From: a virus
DNA: 64,000 nucleotides
Direction: 5' to 3' (one strand)
IMG/VR virus record: IMGVR_UViG_3300027779_003464
Coordinates: 32,001-96,000 of that record
Position 1 is the first letter of the stretch. Every line of letters begins with the position of its first letter. Positions 19,545 through 28,641 of this stretch are shown piece after piece. The notes under the pieces are model-generated. The model was not told where the DNA came from and ran no database searches. It saw only the letters and a list, made by a program, of their open reading frames with translations. A program made the translations under genes and the position numbers.

Positions 19545-21254
19545 CTATATATTATCTAGGTATATAGTGCTGGGCTTAAGAACTTCAAACTTCTGATCTT
19601 TGTATATTTTATTTCTAGCTTCGGAATGCCTTACTGAATATCCATCCAGGTCGTCTATTATATCCCATATTACAACCTTATCTTTTCCTTTAAGGTATCT
19701 CATCCCTCTTCCTATTGCTTGTCGTATAGTAATCTCTGCCTTAGTAGATTCGGCAAATATTATATTATGAACATTCTTAAGATCTATACCTGTCGCGAAA
19801 GTTCCATATGATGCAACTATCACAACATCATTATATTTTTCCATATTTTCCTTAAATTCTTCTCTAAATGAGTTTTCAACTGTCCCGTCAATATAATAAG
19901 TTCTGTCATTCCACTCCTTTATAGTATTACTTATATTGATACCATACTCATCTTTAACATTTGAAAAAAGAATTAAAGTATTTTTACCAAGCTTTTTAAT
20001 TAAGGTACTTATAAAACCTAGCCGCTGTTTACTATCAAAAATTATTCCCTTTTCTATCTCAAGCATATTTTTACCAAAATCTTTAGGGTCATTGAATTGG
20101 CTTTTAATCTTATTTCTAAGTTCACTATCTCTTTGAACCTTTAAATATTCTGATACAGCAGGGTGATCTTCGTTATATTTTAAGTATACTTGTTTTATTT
20201 TTACGCTTGGAGAATATTTATTGTCCTGTAGAAATTTTGCATCCAACATCATCACTAGAGGTCCCATATTTTCTTGCATCTTAAAGAAGTCTGAGTATTC
20301 AACATCCATCTTTAAGGTTCCAGATAATCCCAGCTTATACTCCCATTCTTTACATGATTTTAATATATCTGAAATAGAGTCTCCTCTAGATTTATGCGCT
20401 TCATCTATACATACTACTTTAAAACTAGAACATAAGTCTAATATTTTTGCCCCACTAAGTTTCTTCTTTAATTTAGTTATTTCAGCCGCCCTCTTATCTT
20501 CATCTTCCTTCTTTACTCTCTTCTTTATTAATTTTTCTAATCTCTTGTCTATACATATTGGAATCATATTAATTAAACTTTGATATGTTGTAATTAATAT
20601 ATTGCATTCATTAAATTCCTCTAAGTTAAAATCATTATCAGATCCTCCTATTTTATGTATATTCCACTTCACCGTTCCATTATTATATTGATTAAATGCT
20701 TTAGCTGTTTGGTTAACTAATGTAATATTTGGCACAACAAGTAGAGCTTTTGATTCAGTGTTAGTTATATTATTATTATTTAAATAAGAACAAAAAGTAT
20801 AGAATAAAGCAGTTTTACCTGCTGATGTTGCTAATTCTTGACAACAAAATTTATTTTTTAAAGCTCGATATGCACCTTCTTTTTGATAATCTCTTGGATA
20901 AAAAGGTTCCCCTTTATCCGTCTTTATTCCTTTAAATAAAATATCAACAAAATCCTCATATTCTTCTTTATTAAAGGACGGAGGAATTATGTTATCTATT
21001 CCATTAATTTTTACCTCTATTCCTGTTTTTTTAGAAAAACTGTATACCTCTTTCCATAATTCTATTTTAATTATCCCCTGTTTAGTTATAAAATGATCGA
21101 GGCCATCCCATATTCCTCTTTTTACAAGAATATTAAACTTAGCATCTTTGGATTTCTTTTGAAAATGTTTGAATATTGCTTTCTTTTCAGAATTAAGAGA
21201 CCACTCTGAAACCTTTAAAAATTTTTGGTTATCTGATATTTCTAAAGTTATCAT
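19545..21254 (-). CDS. uvsW: UvsW-like SF2 DNA helicase
   Basis: WDG, PRDYQ, LATSAGKT, DEAH, GLSGT, VASYGTFATGID, QAIGRGMR. Confidence 0.92.
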   Translation of the reverse strand: MITLEISDNQKFLKVSEWSLNSEKKAIFKHFQKKSKDAKFNILVKRGIWDGLDHFITKQGIIKIELWKEVYSFSKKTGIEVKINGIDNIIPPSFNKEEYEDFVDILFKGIKTDKGEPFYPRDYQKEGAYRALKNKFCCQELATSAGKTALFYTFCSYLNNNNITNTESKALLVVPNITLVNQTAKAFNQYNNGTVKWNIHKIGGSDNDFNLEEFNECNILITTYQSLINMIPICIDKRLEKLIKKRVKKEDEDKRAAEITKLKKKLSGAKILDLCSSFKVVCIDEAHKSRGDSISDILKSCKEWEYKLGLSGTLKMDVEYSDFFKMQENMGPLVMMLDAKFLQDNKYSPSVKIKQVYLKYNEDHPAVSEYLKVQRDSELRNKIKSQFNDPKDFGKNMLEIEKGIIFDSKQRLGFISTLIKKLGKNTLILFSNVKDEYGINISNTIKEWNDRTYYIDGTVENSFREEFKENMEKYNDVVIVASYGTFATGIDLKNVHNIIFAESTKAEITIRQAIGRGMRYLKGKDKVVIWDIIDDLDGYSVRHSEARNKIYKDQKFEVLKPSTIYLDNI

Positions 21255-21261
21255 ATATCAT

Positions 21262-21690
21262 TTATATACCTAGAGTTTTTTCTATTTCTACTCTAGTCTT
21301 TATTCCAAACAGTACATTATCTACTGTCTTAATAGTATCTGTAAAAAAGGATATTTGATTTTCAATTAAGTCTAGTGACTCTTTTGTATCAGCGGTTTTT
21401 CCATCAATTATAGCATTCTTCTCATTGTACTGGTATCGCTGTTGTAGATTTGTAGATATTTGTTCCATATGTCTACTTCTTTCAGATCTATACTTTTTAC
21501 GTAAAATAGAAGAGTGTTCCAATAATGTATGGCTATCTTCTAATAGTCTTTGTCTTAAGGATAACATTAGAATTTGTACATCCTTTAAATTTTTAAAATT
21601 TCCCATAGTTTCGACACAATTAAGTATCTCAAGCGAAATCTCTTCTCTTTTTTTCTTAAAGGATGCTGAAATTTGATCTATTTTTGACAT
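21262..21690 (-). CDS. uvsY: UvsY-like recombination mediator
   Basis: Helical 142-aa protein immediately upstream of uvsW; C-terminal pattern IKTVDNVLFGIKTRVE. Confidence 0.6.
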   Translation of the reverse strand: MSKIDQISASFKKKREEISLEILNCVETMGNFKNLKDVQILMLSLRQRLLEDSHTLLEHSSILRKKYRSERSRHMEQISTNLQQRYQYNEKNAIIDGKTADTKESLDLIENQISFFTDTIKTVDNVLFGIKTRVEIEKTLGI

Positions 21691-21708
21691 GAAATAAATA
21701 TTTTAAAT

Positions 21709-21735
21709 ATTTTACTCACGTTTATGATAGGGTTT
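21709..21735 (-). promoter_or_regulatory. AAAC-N17-TAAAAT promoter for uvsY-uvsW
   Basis: Recurring pattern. Confidence 0.55.
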
Positions 21736-21755
21736 TTAGAAATTAGGATAAAATA

Positions 21756-22019
21756 TTATATTTCTTCTTCCTCTGAGTCATCTGGTTTAGTTGATTTATT
21801 TGGCGCCCATCTTTCAGCTCCAACAATTCCTAATCCAGCAATAACTATATACATCACAGAAGAAAATATAAATTCTTCTATTGTAAAATCAAAAAATAAG
21901 TTCGCAAAGAATCCAATTATTACCAAAACAAATGATAATAAGGTTATCAATCTTTTAGATGATATCTTAGATCCATCCGATAGTAAATCGTTCATGAAAT
22001 TTTTCTTTTTTCTAGCCAT
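21756..22019 (-). CDS. Small two-TM membrane protein (holin-like candidate)
   Basis: SSKR followed by two hydrophobic segments; charged termini. Confidence 0.7.
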   Translation of the reverse strand: MARKKKNFMNDLLSDGSKISSKRLITLLSFVLVIIGFFANLFFDFTIEEFIFSSVMYIVIAGLGIVGAERWAPNKSTKPDDSEEEEI

Positions 22020-22040
22020 TTTGTGTTGTGTTTTTTTAAT

Positions 22041-22523
22041 TTAGTTAATTAATCTATAATATGTAGATTCAAACTTATAGTAATCATCTCCTCCGATATC
22101 ATCTGGAGTTCTACTTGTTATTATTTCTCCGCCATATTCCATGGATTCTCCTCCAGCATAAAGAGTAGATTCGGCTTGTCCCATTTTTCCGACAATTATT
22201 CTTTTAATATCGTAGTTTTTAATCAATGATTTAACTTTATCTATTAATTTATCACTTTCTTCAAATATAAAAAGACTAGGATACTTATTTACTTTTAATT
22301 TTCCTTCACCATCACCTAGATAATATCTTTGCTTAACATATGATTCGTCATATACTTCATTTTCTATACATAAGTCCCTAGACTCTGAATCATTAAAGTC
22401 AATTATAATATAAGGCAAGCGAGATTGAAATCTATCTCTAAGGTCCGACCATCCCTTAGAACTTCCAGTATCAGATCCTTCCCCATCTACATAGTCCTCG
22501 AAGAGTTTTAAATATTTAGTCAC
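22041..22523 (-). CDS. Hypothetical protein with leader MTKYLKLFED (GTG start at 22523 preferred)
   Basis: The late promoter at 22537-22551 lies inside the longer ORF-track version; the GTG start gives a typical leader. Confidence 0.7.
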   Translation of the reverse strand: MTKYLKLFEDYVDGEGSDTGSSKGWSDLRDRFQSRLPYIIIDFNDSESRDLCIENEVYDESYVKQRYYLGDGEGKLKVNKYPSLFIFEESDKLIDKVKSLIKNYDIKRIIVGKMGQAESTLYAGGESMEYGGEIITSRTPDDIGGDDYYKFESTYYRLIN

Positions 22524-22536
22524 TATTTCTTGAAAC

Positions 22537-22551
22537 TTTTTATTATTTATC
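22537..22551 (-). promoter_or_regulatory. Late promoter-like GATAAATAATAAAAA
   Basis: Identical to the motifs at 951-965 and 23168-23182. Confidence 0.65.
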
Positions 22552-22579
22552 AATAAAATATTATTGAAATCTAATTAAT

Positions 22580-23176
22580 ATGATAGTTTTAATCGAAGGA
22601 CCCAGGGGAGCTGGCAAATCACATCTAGTAAATAATTTCTTCAAAGGAAATAATAATCAAAATATTTTATACTATAAGTTTGCTTTTTCTGATTATATCA
22701 AAAAATTACGAATAGAAGATCATGAATCTGGTCCAGGGGTACATTATTTTAGTATATCTAATATATTAACAATACTTGGAATATCATCAACTTTCTTTAA
22801 AGATAAATGTATAGTATTCGATAGATCAATATTCTCAGCTTACGTTTGGTCAATATATAGAAAAAGAATGGGAAAGGATAGGTTGATTAGTGAATTCGAT
22901 AAAATATTAAAAGATATTGAGTATAATAATTGTAAACTGATATATTTAACTAGAGATAGCTCGATATCTAGCATATCTAGGACGAAAGAAGATGTATTTA
23001 GTGAATATGAAAACTATTCAGAAGAAAAGTTAATATTTGATATGGTACTATCTAAATTTAAGAATCACACATCGGATAAAAATAGAAATAATGAATTTTT
23101 TGAATTTGTAAATAAATTTGATCAAGATAGTGAAGAAGAATTTAATCGTTTATTAAAAAATATCACAGATAAATAA
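22580..23176 (+). CDS. P-loop nucleoside monophosphate kinase (thymidylate-kinase-like)
   Basis: IEGPRGAGKS, FDRSIFSAYVW, LIYL. Confidence 0.8.
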   Translation: MIVLIEGPRGAGKSHLVNNFFKGNNNQNILYYKFAFSDYIKKLRIEDHESGPGVHYFSISNILTILGISSTFFKDKCIVFDRSIFSAYVWSIYRKRMGKDRLISEFDKILKDIEYNNCKLIYLTRDSSISSISRTKEDVFSEYENYSEEKLIFDMVLSKFKNHTSDKNRNNEFFEFVNKFDQDSEEEFNRLLKNITDK

Positions 23177-23182
23177 TAAAAA
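23168..23182 (+). promoter_or_regulatory. Late promoter-like GATAAATAATAAAAA
   Basis: Recurring motif. Confidence 0.65.
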
Positions 23183-23194
23183 ATCTTACGTATA

Positions 23195-23728
23195 GTGAAA
23201 AATCGTGTAAATAAATTTAAAGATTATGAGCATCTTAATGAGGATGATGGTAAACAAACTCCTCTGCGAGGATATACCGCATCTGTTATGATATCAAGAA
23301 TAGAGCAATTAATGGAAGTTATGCCAGACCGAATTAAGTTTGGAGTTCCGGCGGATATTAAAGGATATTCTACGTCATATAGAGATGCAAATGGTGCTAT
23401 TCAAAAAATTATGGACATAAGCCATTACTATTCTGGAAAAGGAGAAGATGTTTCTTTCTACTGTTGGAATGTTAGCTACTCAGGAAGCTGGGATGCAACC
23501 AAAGGACTAAGAGCTAAAATTGATGAATTTGGCGGATTTGGTAGAGAACAAAATATGAATCTAAAAAAAGTAGTTGAATATTTTGGAGATAATACTGAGG
23601 ATGCTGATAACGTGAGAAGTCTATCAATATCTATAGATACTATGTCAATTAGAAAAGCAACAAATAAACAATCAGAAGCAGAAGAGACTCCACCATCTAG
23701 AGAACCTATTGAAGATAGTGAAGTTTAA
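23195..23728 (+). CDS. Hypothetical protein with capsid-targeting-like leader (MKNRVNKFKDYEHLNE); GTG start
   Basis: ORF track; leader; late promoter. Confidence 0.8.
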   Translation: MKNRVNKFKDYEHLNEDDGKQTPLRGYTASVMISRIEQLMEVMPDRIKFGVPADIKGYSTSYRDANGAIQKIMDISHYYSGKGEDVSFYCWNVSYSGSWDATKGLRAKIDEFGGFGREQNMNLKKVVEYFGDNTEDADNVRSLSISIDTMSIRKATNKQSEAEETPPSREPIEDSEV

Positions 23729-23749
23729 TATTTAAATATTAACGCGAAC

Positions 23750-25549
23750 ATGGCTGGAATAAATCATTTAAAGCAAATAAAAGAAAGGAAAGGAGACGAC
23801 TTTTTAAATAGTCTACTTAATAATTATGTTATCATTAATAAGAAAACAGACGGCACTTTCTTTGGTATGAAGAAGGATAAAGATACTGATTCCTTTAAAT
23901 ACTATAAAAAAGCTGGAGAAATTACTTATGTCGATAGAATGTTAATGAAATATTATAATCCGGCAATATCACACTTTGAAAAGCTAGATAAAGATAAAAA
24001 ACAAAGAATCCCTTCTAATTTCTATTTTGGATTTGAATATATGACTAAAAAAGATTCTAATTCTAATAATAGAATAGTATTATCATATATTCATAGATTA
24101 GATGACGAAGGAAAACCTATTGAAACATTTCAAACTAAGCAAGACTTAGAAAAGTGGGCATATTATTTAGGGGTAGATAATCCTCCAATATTATTCGAAG
24201 GAATGCTAGATGATAGTCAAAAGACTAAAATACTAGAATTTGTATACTCGCCATATGAAGAATTAGTAGAAAAATTTAAAACTACGTCATTTAGTAAATA
24301 TATTATTTCTATGTTATCGGAAGATCACGAAGATTCAAAGTCTGATACTGAAGATTTAGATATAAGTAGTATTATATTTAGATTTTATGATGAAAATGAT
24401 GAAAACCCAAAGCAATCTGCCTTTTTAGCTAAAATAGTAGATCCCTTATTTCAAGAATCTAATAAGTCAAATAAGCAAGAAAATCCTAAAAAATCAAGTG
24501 ACTATATTTGGTTAATTGTAATTGATTTAATGAATCATATAGAGATGTTTAGTGAGGATGATCTAAAAAACATGTGCGGCGATACTGAGTCATATGACTC
24601 TAAGTATATCGGATTAATTAACGGCATATTTAAAGAATTTATATCGACTTATGAATATAAGTATGATGGATTGGTTCTAGATATTCCAGAATACCTAAAA
24701 AGAGAAGAATTTGATGTAGATTATAGCTTAATAAATGATGCGAAAGTAACAGATCTAATTAAAGAAAATTCTACGTATCGAGAAATATATCGTATTCTAA
24801 TAAACTTCTTTAGAAAAGTAAGAAGGAAATCATCAGCTCCCTTTTTTAATGAAGAGCTAATAGCTCAATTAAACATACAAGTTGGTAAAATAAAAAGAAT
24901 TGTAATGGGAGACGTGTTATATGAGGGACTATTTCCGTCATTTAACGAATATATTGGAGCAGATATCAATGACCATATATATGTTGGGGAGCATGAAAAT
25001 TTTATAAAGACTAAAAATAAAAAAATAGAACCAATAAAGGTAAACTTATTAATTGGCAAATTTCAACCAATTAATAACGGACATATTAAAGCGGCAGAAA
25101 GCCTACTTAATAAAAATAACCATCCTTGTATATTTGTTTCTGTTATGAATACGCCGAACCCAATATTTAGTGAAAAATCAGTAAATATTATGCTTAAAAA
25201 GGTTCAACAGGAATATTCTAACGTTATAAAAGACGTTAAAATAGTAAAAGATTCATCAATAAAGAATATATTGAAGTCAATTATGCCAGAATACGAGCCT
25301 ATCTTATGGGCATCGGGCTCATCTAAGATAAAGGACTATGCTTTACAATTAGAATATATTAAAAACAAAGATATCCCATTAAGGATATCCAATAGTTTAA
25401 GATTAATTGAAATTCCATCCTATTATAAATCTAAGGATGTAATATCTGCAATTAATAGCTTAGATTTTAATAAATTCAAAGAAATGGTACCAAAAAGCAT
25501 AGCTTCAGAGTTTTTTAACCTACAACGGGAAATGGAAAGCAATAGGTAA
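23750..25549 (+). CDS. RNA-ligase-fold nucleotidyltransferase fused to a C-terminal HIGH-type cytidylyltransferase-like domain
   Basis: KTDG (motif I), FGFEY, PPILFEG, LAKIVDP; C-terminal LLIGKFQPINNGH. Confidence 0.65.
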   Translation: MAGINHLKQIKERKGDDFLNSLLNNYVIINKKTDGTFFGMKKDKDTDSFKYYKKAGEITYVDRMLMKYYNPAISHFEKLDKDKKQRIPSNFYFGFEYMTKKDSNSNNRIVLSYIHRLDDEGKPIETFQTKQDLEKWAYYLGVDNPPILFEGMLDDSQKTKILEFVYSPYEELVEKFKTTSFSKYIISMLSEDHEDSKSDTEDLDISSIIFRFYDENDENPKQSAFLAKIVDPLFQESNKSNKQENPKKSSDYIWLIVIDLMNHIEMFSEDDLKNMCGDTESYDSKYIGLINGIFKEFISTYEYKYDGLVLDIPEYLKREEFDVDYSLINDAKVTDLIKENSTYREIYRILINFFRKVRRKSSAPFFNEELIAQLNIQVGKIKRIVMGDVLYEGLFPSFNEYIGADINDHIYVGEHENFIKTKNKKIEPIKVNLLIGKFQPINNGHIKAAESLLNKNNHPCIFVSVMNTPNPIFSEKSVNIMLKKVQQEYSNVIKDVKIVKDSSIKNILKSIMPEYEPILWASGSSKIKDYALQLEYIKNKDIPLRISNSLRLIEIPSYYKSKDVISAINSLDFNKFKEMVPKSIASEFFNLQREMESNR

Positions 25550-25555
25550 TAATTA

Positions 25556-25582
25556 AAACCTGGCGCTTCTTAATGATATAAT
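25556..25582 (+). promoter_or_regulatory. AAAC-N17-TATAAT promoter
   Basis: Perfect match to the recurring pattern. Confidence 0.65.
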
Positions 25583-25598
25583 ATAACAAAAATACTTT

Positions 25599-27269
25599 AT
25601 GAGATTTAAAGAATTAACACAAAAAGATAAGGACTTTTTCAAGCAAACATACCTTGATAAAACATATAAGTGGGATCAAAGAATAAGCATATTAATGGAA
25701 TATGCTGGAGTATCTAGACGTACTATACAAAAATGGCTTTCTAAACTTGAGCTAACTTCGTACATAGAGGCAGAATCCCCGGAGCTTATTAAAGCAAAGG
25801 AAAAGAAATTTGATAAAAAGAAGAAAAGATTTATTATATCTTGGGCACAGAATAATACTCCGATTCATGAAAAATTTCTAAATAACATTGAAGGGTACGC
25901 TGAGTATATAGATGCGAGTATACATATAATTGCAGGCAGATATAGAAATCCTACTTCGATATTCACTGATAGTAAAAAAGATATTTGGCACGATAGAGTA
26001 ATACAATATTTAGATGCAGCGAGACATGATGTTCATGAGTATGTATCTATAATGTCAGATGTTAAAATTCAACCGACGGCAATTAATCCAATGACTGGTT
26101 TACAAGGAATGAGTGGAATAAATTCTTGTGTATTCGGTTCTCCTAAAACTCAATTTATAACTATTCCAGTATTGGAAGGATGTAAGCCAAAGGCAATGGT
26201 TACTACTGGCGCATGTACTGTTAAAAATTATACAGATTCTAAATCTGGTAAAAAAGGAGAATTTCACCATACTCTAGGATTTGTTGTTGTTGAAATAAAA
26301 GATAACGAAACGTTTTTTATTAGACAAGTCACAGCAATGGAAGATGGAAGTTTTACCGATCTATACTATGACATATCATTTAATGGATCAGAAGATCCTA
26401 TTGAGTTCGACACTAAAACTGAAGAGATAAATTGGTCCACTTCTAATTTTGGAGCTGAGCCAATTAAATTAAATGGAGAATCTATAGTTTCTAAAATTAA
26501 AGAAATAGATGCATGTGTTCTTGGAGATATACATTATGGACATGAAGATGGCGAAGTAATGTCATCAACCTTTAAAATGCTAGATATTCTTAAACCAAGT
26601 CATGTAATTTTACATGATGTATTTGACGGAAGCTCAATAAGCCACCATCAAATGAAAGATCCTTTTATTCAATATAGAAAGGAAAAGCATGGAACTAATA
26701 ATTTGAAAAAGGAAGTAGATTACATGATAGATGAACTTTCTAAATTTAAAAAGTTTAAAAATGTAATAATTGTTAGAAGTAATCACGATGATTTTGTAGA
26801 TAGGTGGTTAAAAAATACAGATTGGAAAAAACAACCAAGCTATATTAATTCTCCAGAATATATGAGATATAGCCAAATATTATTAACTCAATATGCAGGA
26901 GAAGGAGAAGTAAAAGGAGTTATCCCCGCTCTTATAAATGAAGAATATCCAGAATACATTACATTAGGAAGATCTGAAAGCTATAAAGTCAATGGTTGGG
27001 AAGTAGGTCAACATGGAGACGTAGGATCAGGCGGAAGTAGAGGATCTTTACAGCAATTTAGAAAACTAAATACTAAAATTATAGTTGGACACTATCATTC
27101 TCCTGGTAGATTTGATGGAGCTCTTGCTGTTGGGACGTCATCTAATTTAAGGGTTGGATATAATCTTGGACCGAGTGGATGGTTGCAATCCCATGTTATT
27201 ATACATAAAAATGGAAAGGCTCAGCATATTAATTTTATAGACGGAGAATATACTACGTTAAAATATTAA
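25599..27269 (+). CDS. N-terminal HTH plus calcineurin-like metallophosphoesterase; T5 A1-like protein
   Basis: GVSRRTIQKW (HTH); AQNNTPIH; GDIHYG, HDVFDG, SNHDD, QHGD, VGHYHSP; 556 aa. Confidence 0.75.
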   Translation: MRFKELTQKDKDFFKQTYLDKTYKWDQRISILMEYAGVSRRTIQKWLSKLELTSYIEAESPELIKAKEKKFDKKKKRFIISWAQNNTPIHEKFLNNIEGYAEYIDASIHIIAGRYRNPTSIFTDSKKDIWHDRVIQYLDAARHDVHEYVSIMSDVKIQPTAINPMTGLQGMSGINSCVFGSPKTQFITIPVLEGCKPKAMVTTGACTVKNYTDSKSGKKGEFHHTLGFVVVEIKDNETFFIRQVTAMEDGSFTDLYYDISFNGSEDPIEFDTKTEEINWSTSNFGAEPIKLNGESIVSKIKEIDACVLGDIHYGHEDGEVMSSTFKMLDILKPSHVILHDVFDGSSISHHQMKDPFIQYRKEKHGTNNLKKEVDYMIDELSKFKKFKNVIIVRSNHDDFVDRWLKNTDWKKQPSYINSPEYMRYSQILLTQYAGEGEVKGVIPALINEEYPEYITLGRSESYKVNGWEVGQHGDVGSGGSRGSLQQFRKLNTKIIVGHYHSPGRFDGALAVGTSSNLRVGYNLGPSGWLQSHVIIHKNGKAQHINFIDGEYTTLKY

Positions 27270-28258
27270 GAATAGTTATATTCTATTATCTTAGAATCCC
27301 TAGCTGCTTTTGCCCACATATGATTTTTCCAAGCGTGAAAATACTTATCTGGTTTATTATATTTACCCATCGAATATACGATATACTTATATAAAATATC
27401 AGCAGCATCCTTAGTATTCTTTGCATTCTTGAAACTATTGAACTTAGATACTCCCATTTCTGACTTGATAAACTTAATCATTTCTAATATAGTATCGTAT
27501 GTACTTCCTATAATCTTATTATCTTTATATACTCCAGATTCAGCTAGTTTAACTAAAAGAGATTTTCTACGAGATCCCTGCCAACTTATTATTCCAAAAT
27601 TAGTAGCATGATTTTTTGGATCAGAATGGCTAGATGTTATTTTAGACCATCTTAAATTATTTTCTCTTCCTACGTTTCCTATTAAAGCTGCTATTGAATT
27701 AGTGTTCATTCCTAAACTTTTACCTCCTTTTCTAATAGATTCAGCTACCTCCTTTTGTTTATCTGAATTTCTAGAAATATATAATTTTGCCATTTCGAAA
27801 TTACTCTGTTCTTTTTTGCTAGAAAAAACTAACTTATTTGAATCAGAGTCATATACCTTTAAGCTTTTAGAGTATTTCTCATTTAATTCCTTTACACTTT
27901 TTTTGTTTTCAACAAGAGTCCACGACGTAGATCCCATTTTTTGATATTCCCAATATTTCTTAGACGAATCTATCTTATAATAAAAATTAGCCCTGCTTGA
28001 TATTTTGTGCTTATCATATCCAGGTTTAGCATATACTCCTAATTTCTTATTATATTTTGAATTTAATGCAGATACACTTTGCTCATTCTGAACAAAGAAC
28101 CAACTATCAGCATCCTTTTTCTTATACGCCCAATATTTTTTACTACTAGATACTTTGTATACATGGCTTGGACGCGAAGGTATAGTATACTTCTCTTCAT
28201 TATCTTTAGATACTTCTTTTTGTTCAAATATTTTAGTAAACGATATTATTCTTTTCAT
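27266..28258 (-). CDS. Phage-tail-lysozyme-like muramidase with two N-terminal repeats and a capsid-targeting-like leader
   Basis: IAALIGNVGREN, FGIISWQGSRRKSL; leader MKRIISFTKIFE. Confidence 0.7.
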   Translation of the reverse strand: MKRIISFTKIFEQKEVSKDNEEKYTIPSRPSHVYKVSSSKKYWAYKKKDADSWFFVQNEQSVSALNSKYNKKLGVYAKPGYDKHKISSRANFYYKIDSSKKYWEYQKMGSTSWTLVENKKSVKELNEKYSKSLKVYDSDSNKLVFSSKKEQSNFEMAKLYISRNSDKQKEVAESIRKGGKSLGMNTNSIAALIGNVGRENNLRWSKITSSHSDPKNHATNFGIISWQGSRRKSLLVKLAESGVYKDNKIIGSTYDTILEMIKFIKSEMGVSKFNSFKNAKNTKDAADILYKYIVYSMGKYNKPDKYFHAWKNHMWAKAARDSKIIEYNYS

Positions 28259-28273
28259 ATCTTAATTAAGAAT

Positions 28274-28357
28274 TTAATTTAATAGATCCTCCTGCTTTTT
28301 TAACCACTCTTCGGACACTGCTTCATTTAAACTATCGAAGGTTATTACTCTTTTCAT
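28274..28357 (-). CDS. 27-aa mini-protein MKRVITFDSLNEAVSEEWLKKQEDLLN
   Basis: Manual translation; carries the shared leader; fills the intergenic gap. Confidence 0.55.
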   Translation of the reverse strand: MKRVITFDSLNEAVSEEWLKKQEDLLN

Positions 28358-28401
28358 ATATCAAAGTTAGCTTTTATTATATAAATATTTATTAGAATTA
28401 T

Positions 28402-28417
28402 GATAAATAAAATAAAA
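28402..28417 (+). promoter_or_regulatory. Late promoter-like GATAAATAAAATAAAA
   Basis: Recurring motif. Confidence 0.55.
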
Positions 28418-28425
28418 GATTGCAA

Positions 28426-28632
28426 ATGGCTAAAAAGAAAAATTCGTCATACAATAATTATCTAAAATATTTAAATGGAACTGAGAAATTATCTAATGCT
28501 GTATTGCAGCATCCTGATGAGGCCGATGATAATAGTTCAATGTATTCATATATGAAGGGAGAAGTTAAAAGAAACATATGGATAATGCCGTGGAAGAAAT
28601 TTAGAAATATAGGTCTACCTAAAAAGAAATAA
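28426..28632 (+). CDS. Small basic hypothetical protein (ATG at 28426 preferred)
   Basis: ORF track; late promoter. Confidence 0.7.
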   Translation: MAKKKNSSYNNYLKYLNGTEKLSNAVLQHPDEADDNSSMYSYMKGEVKRNIWIMPWKKFRNIGLPKKK

Positions 28633-28641
28633 ACTTATTAC

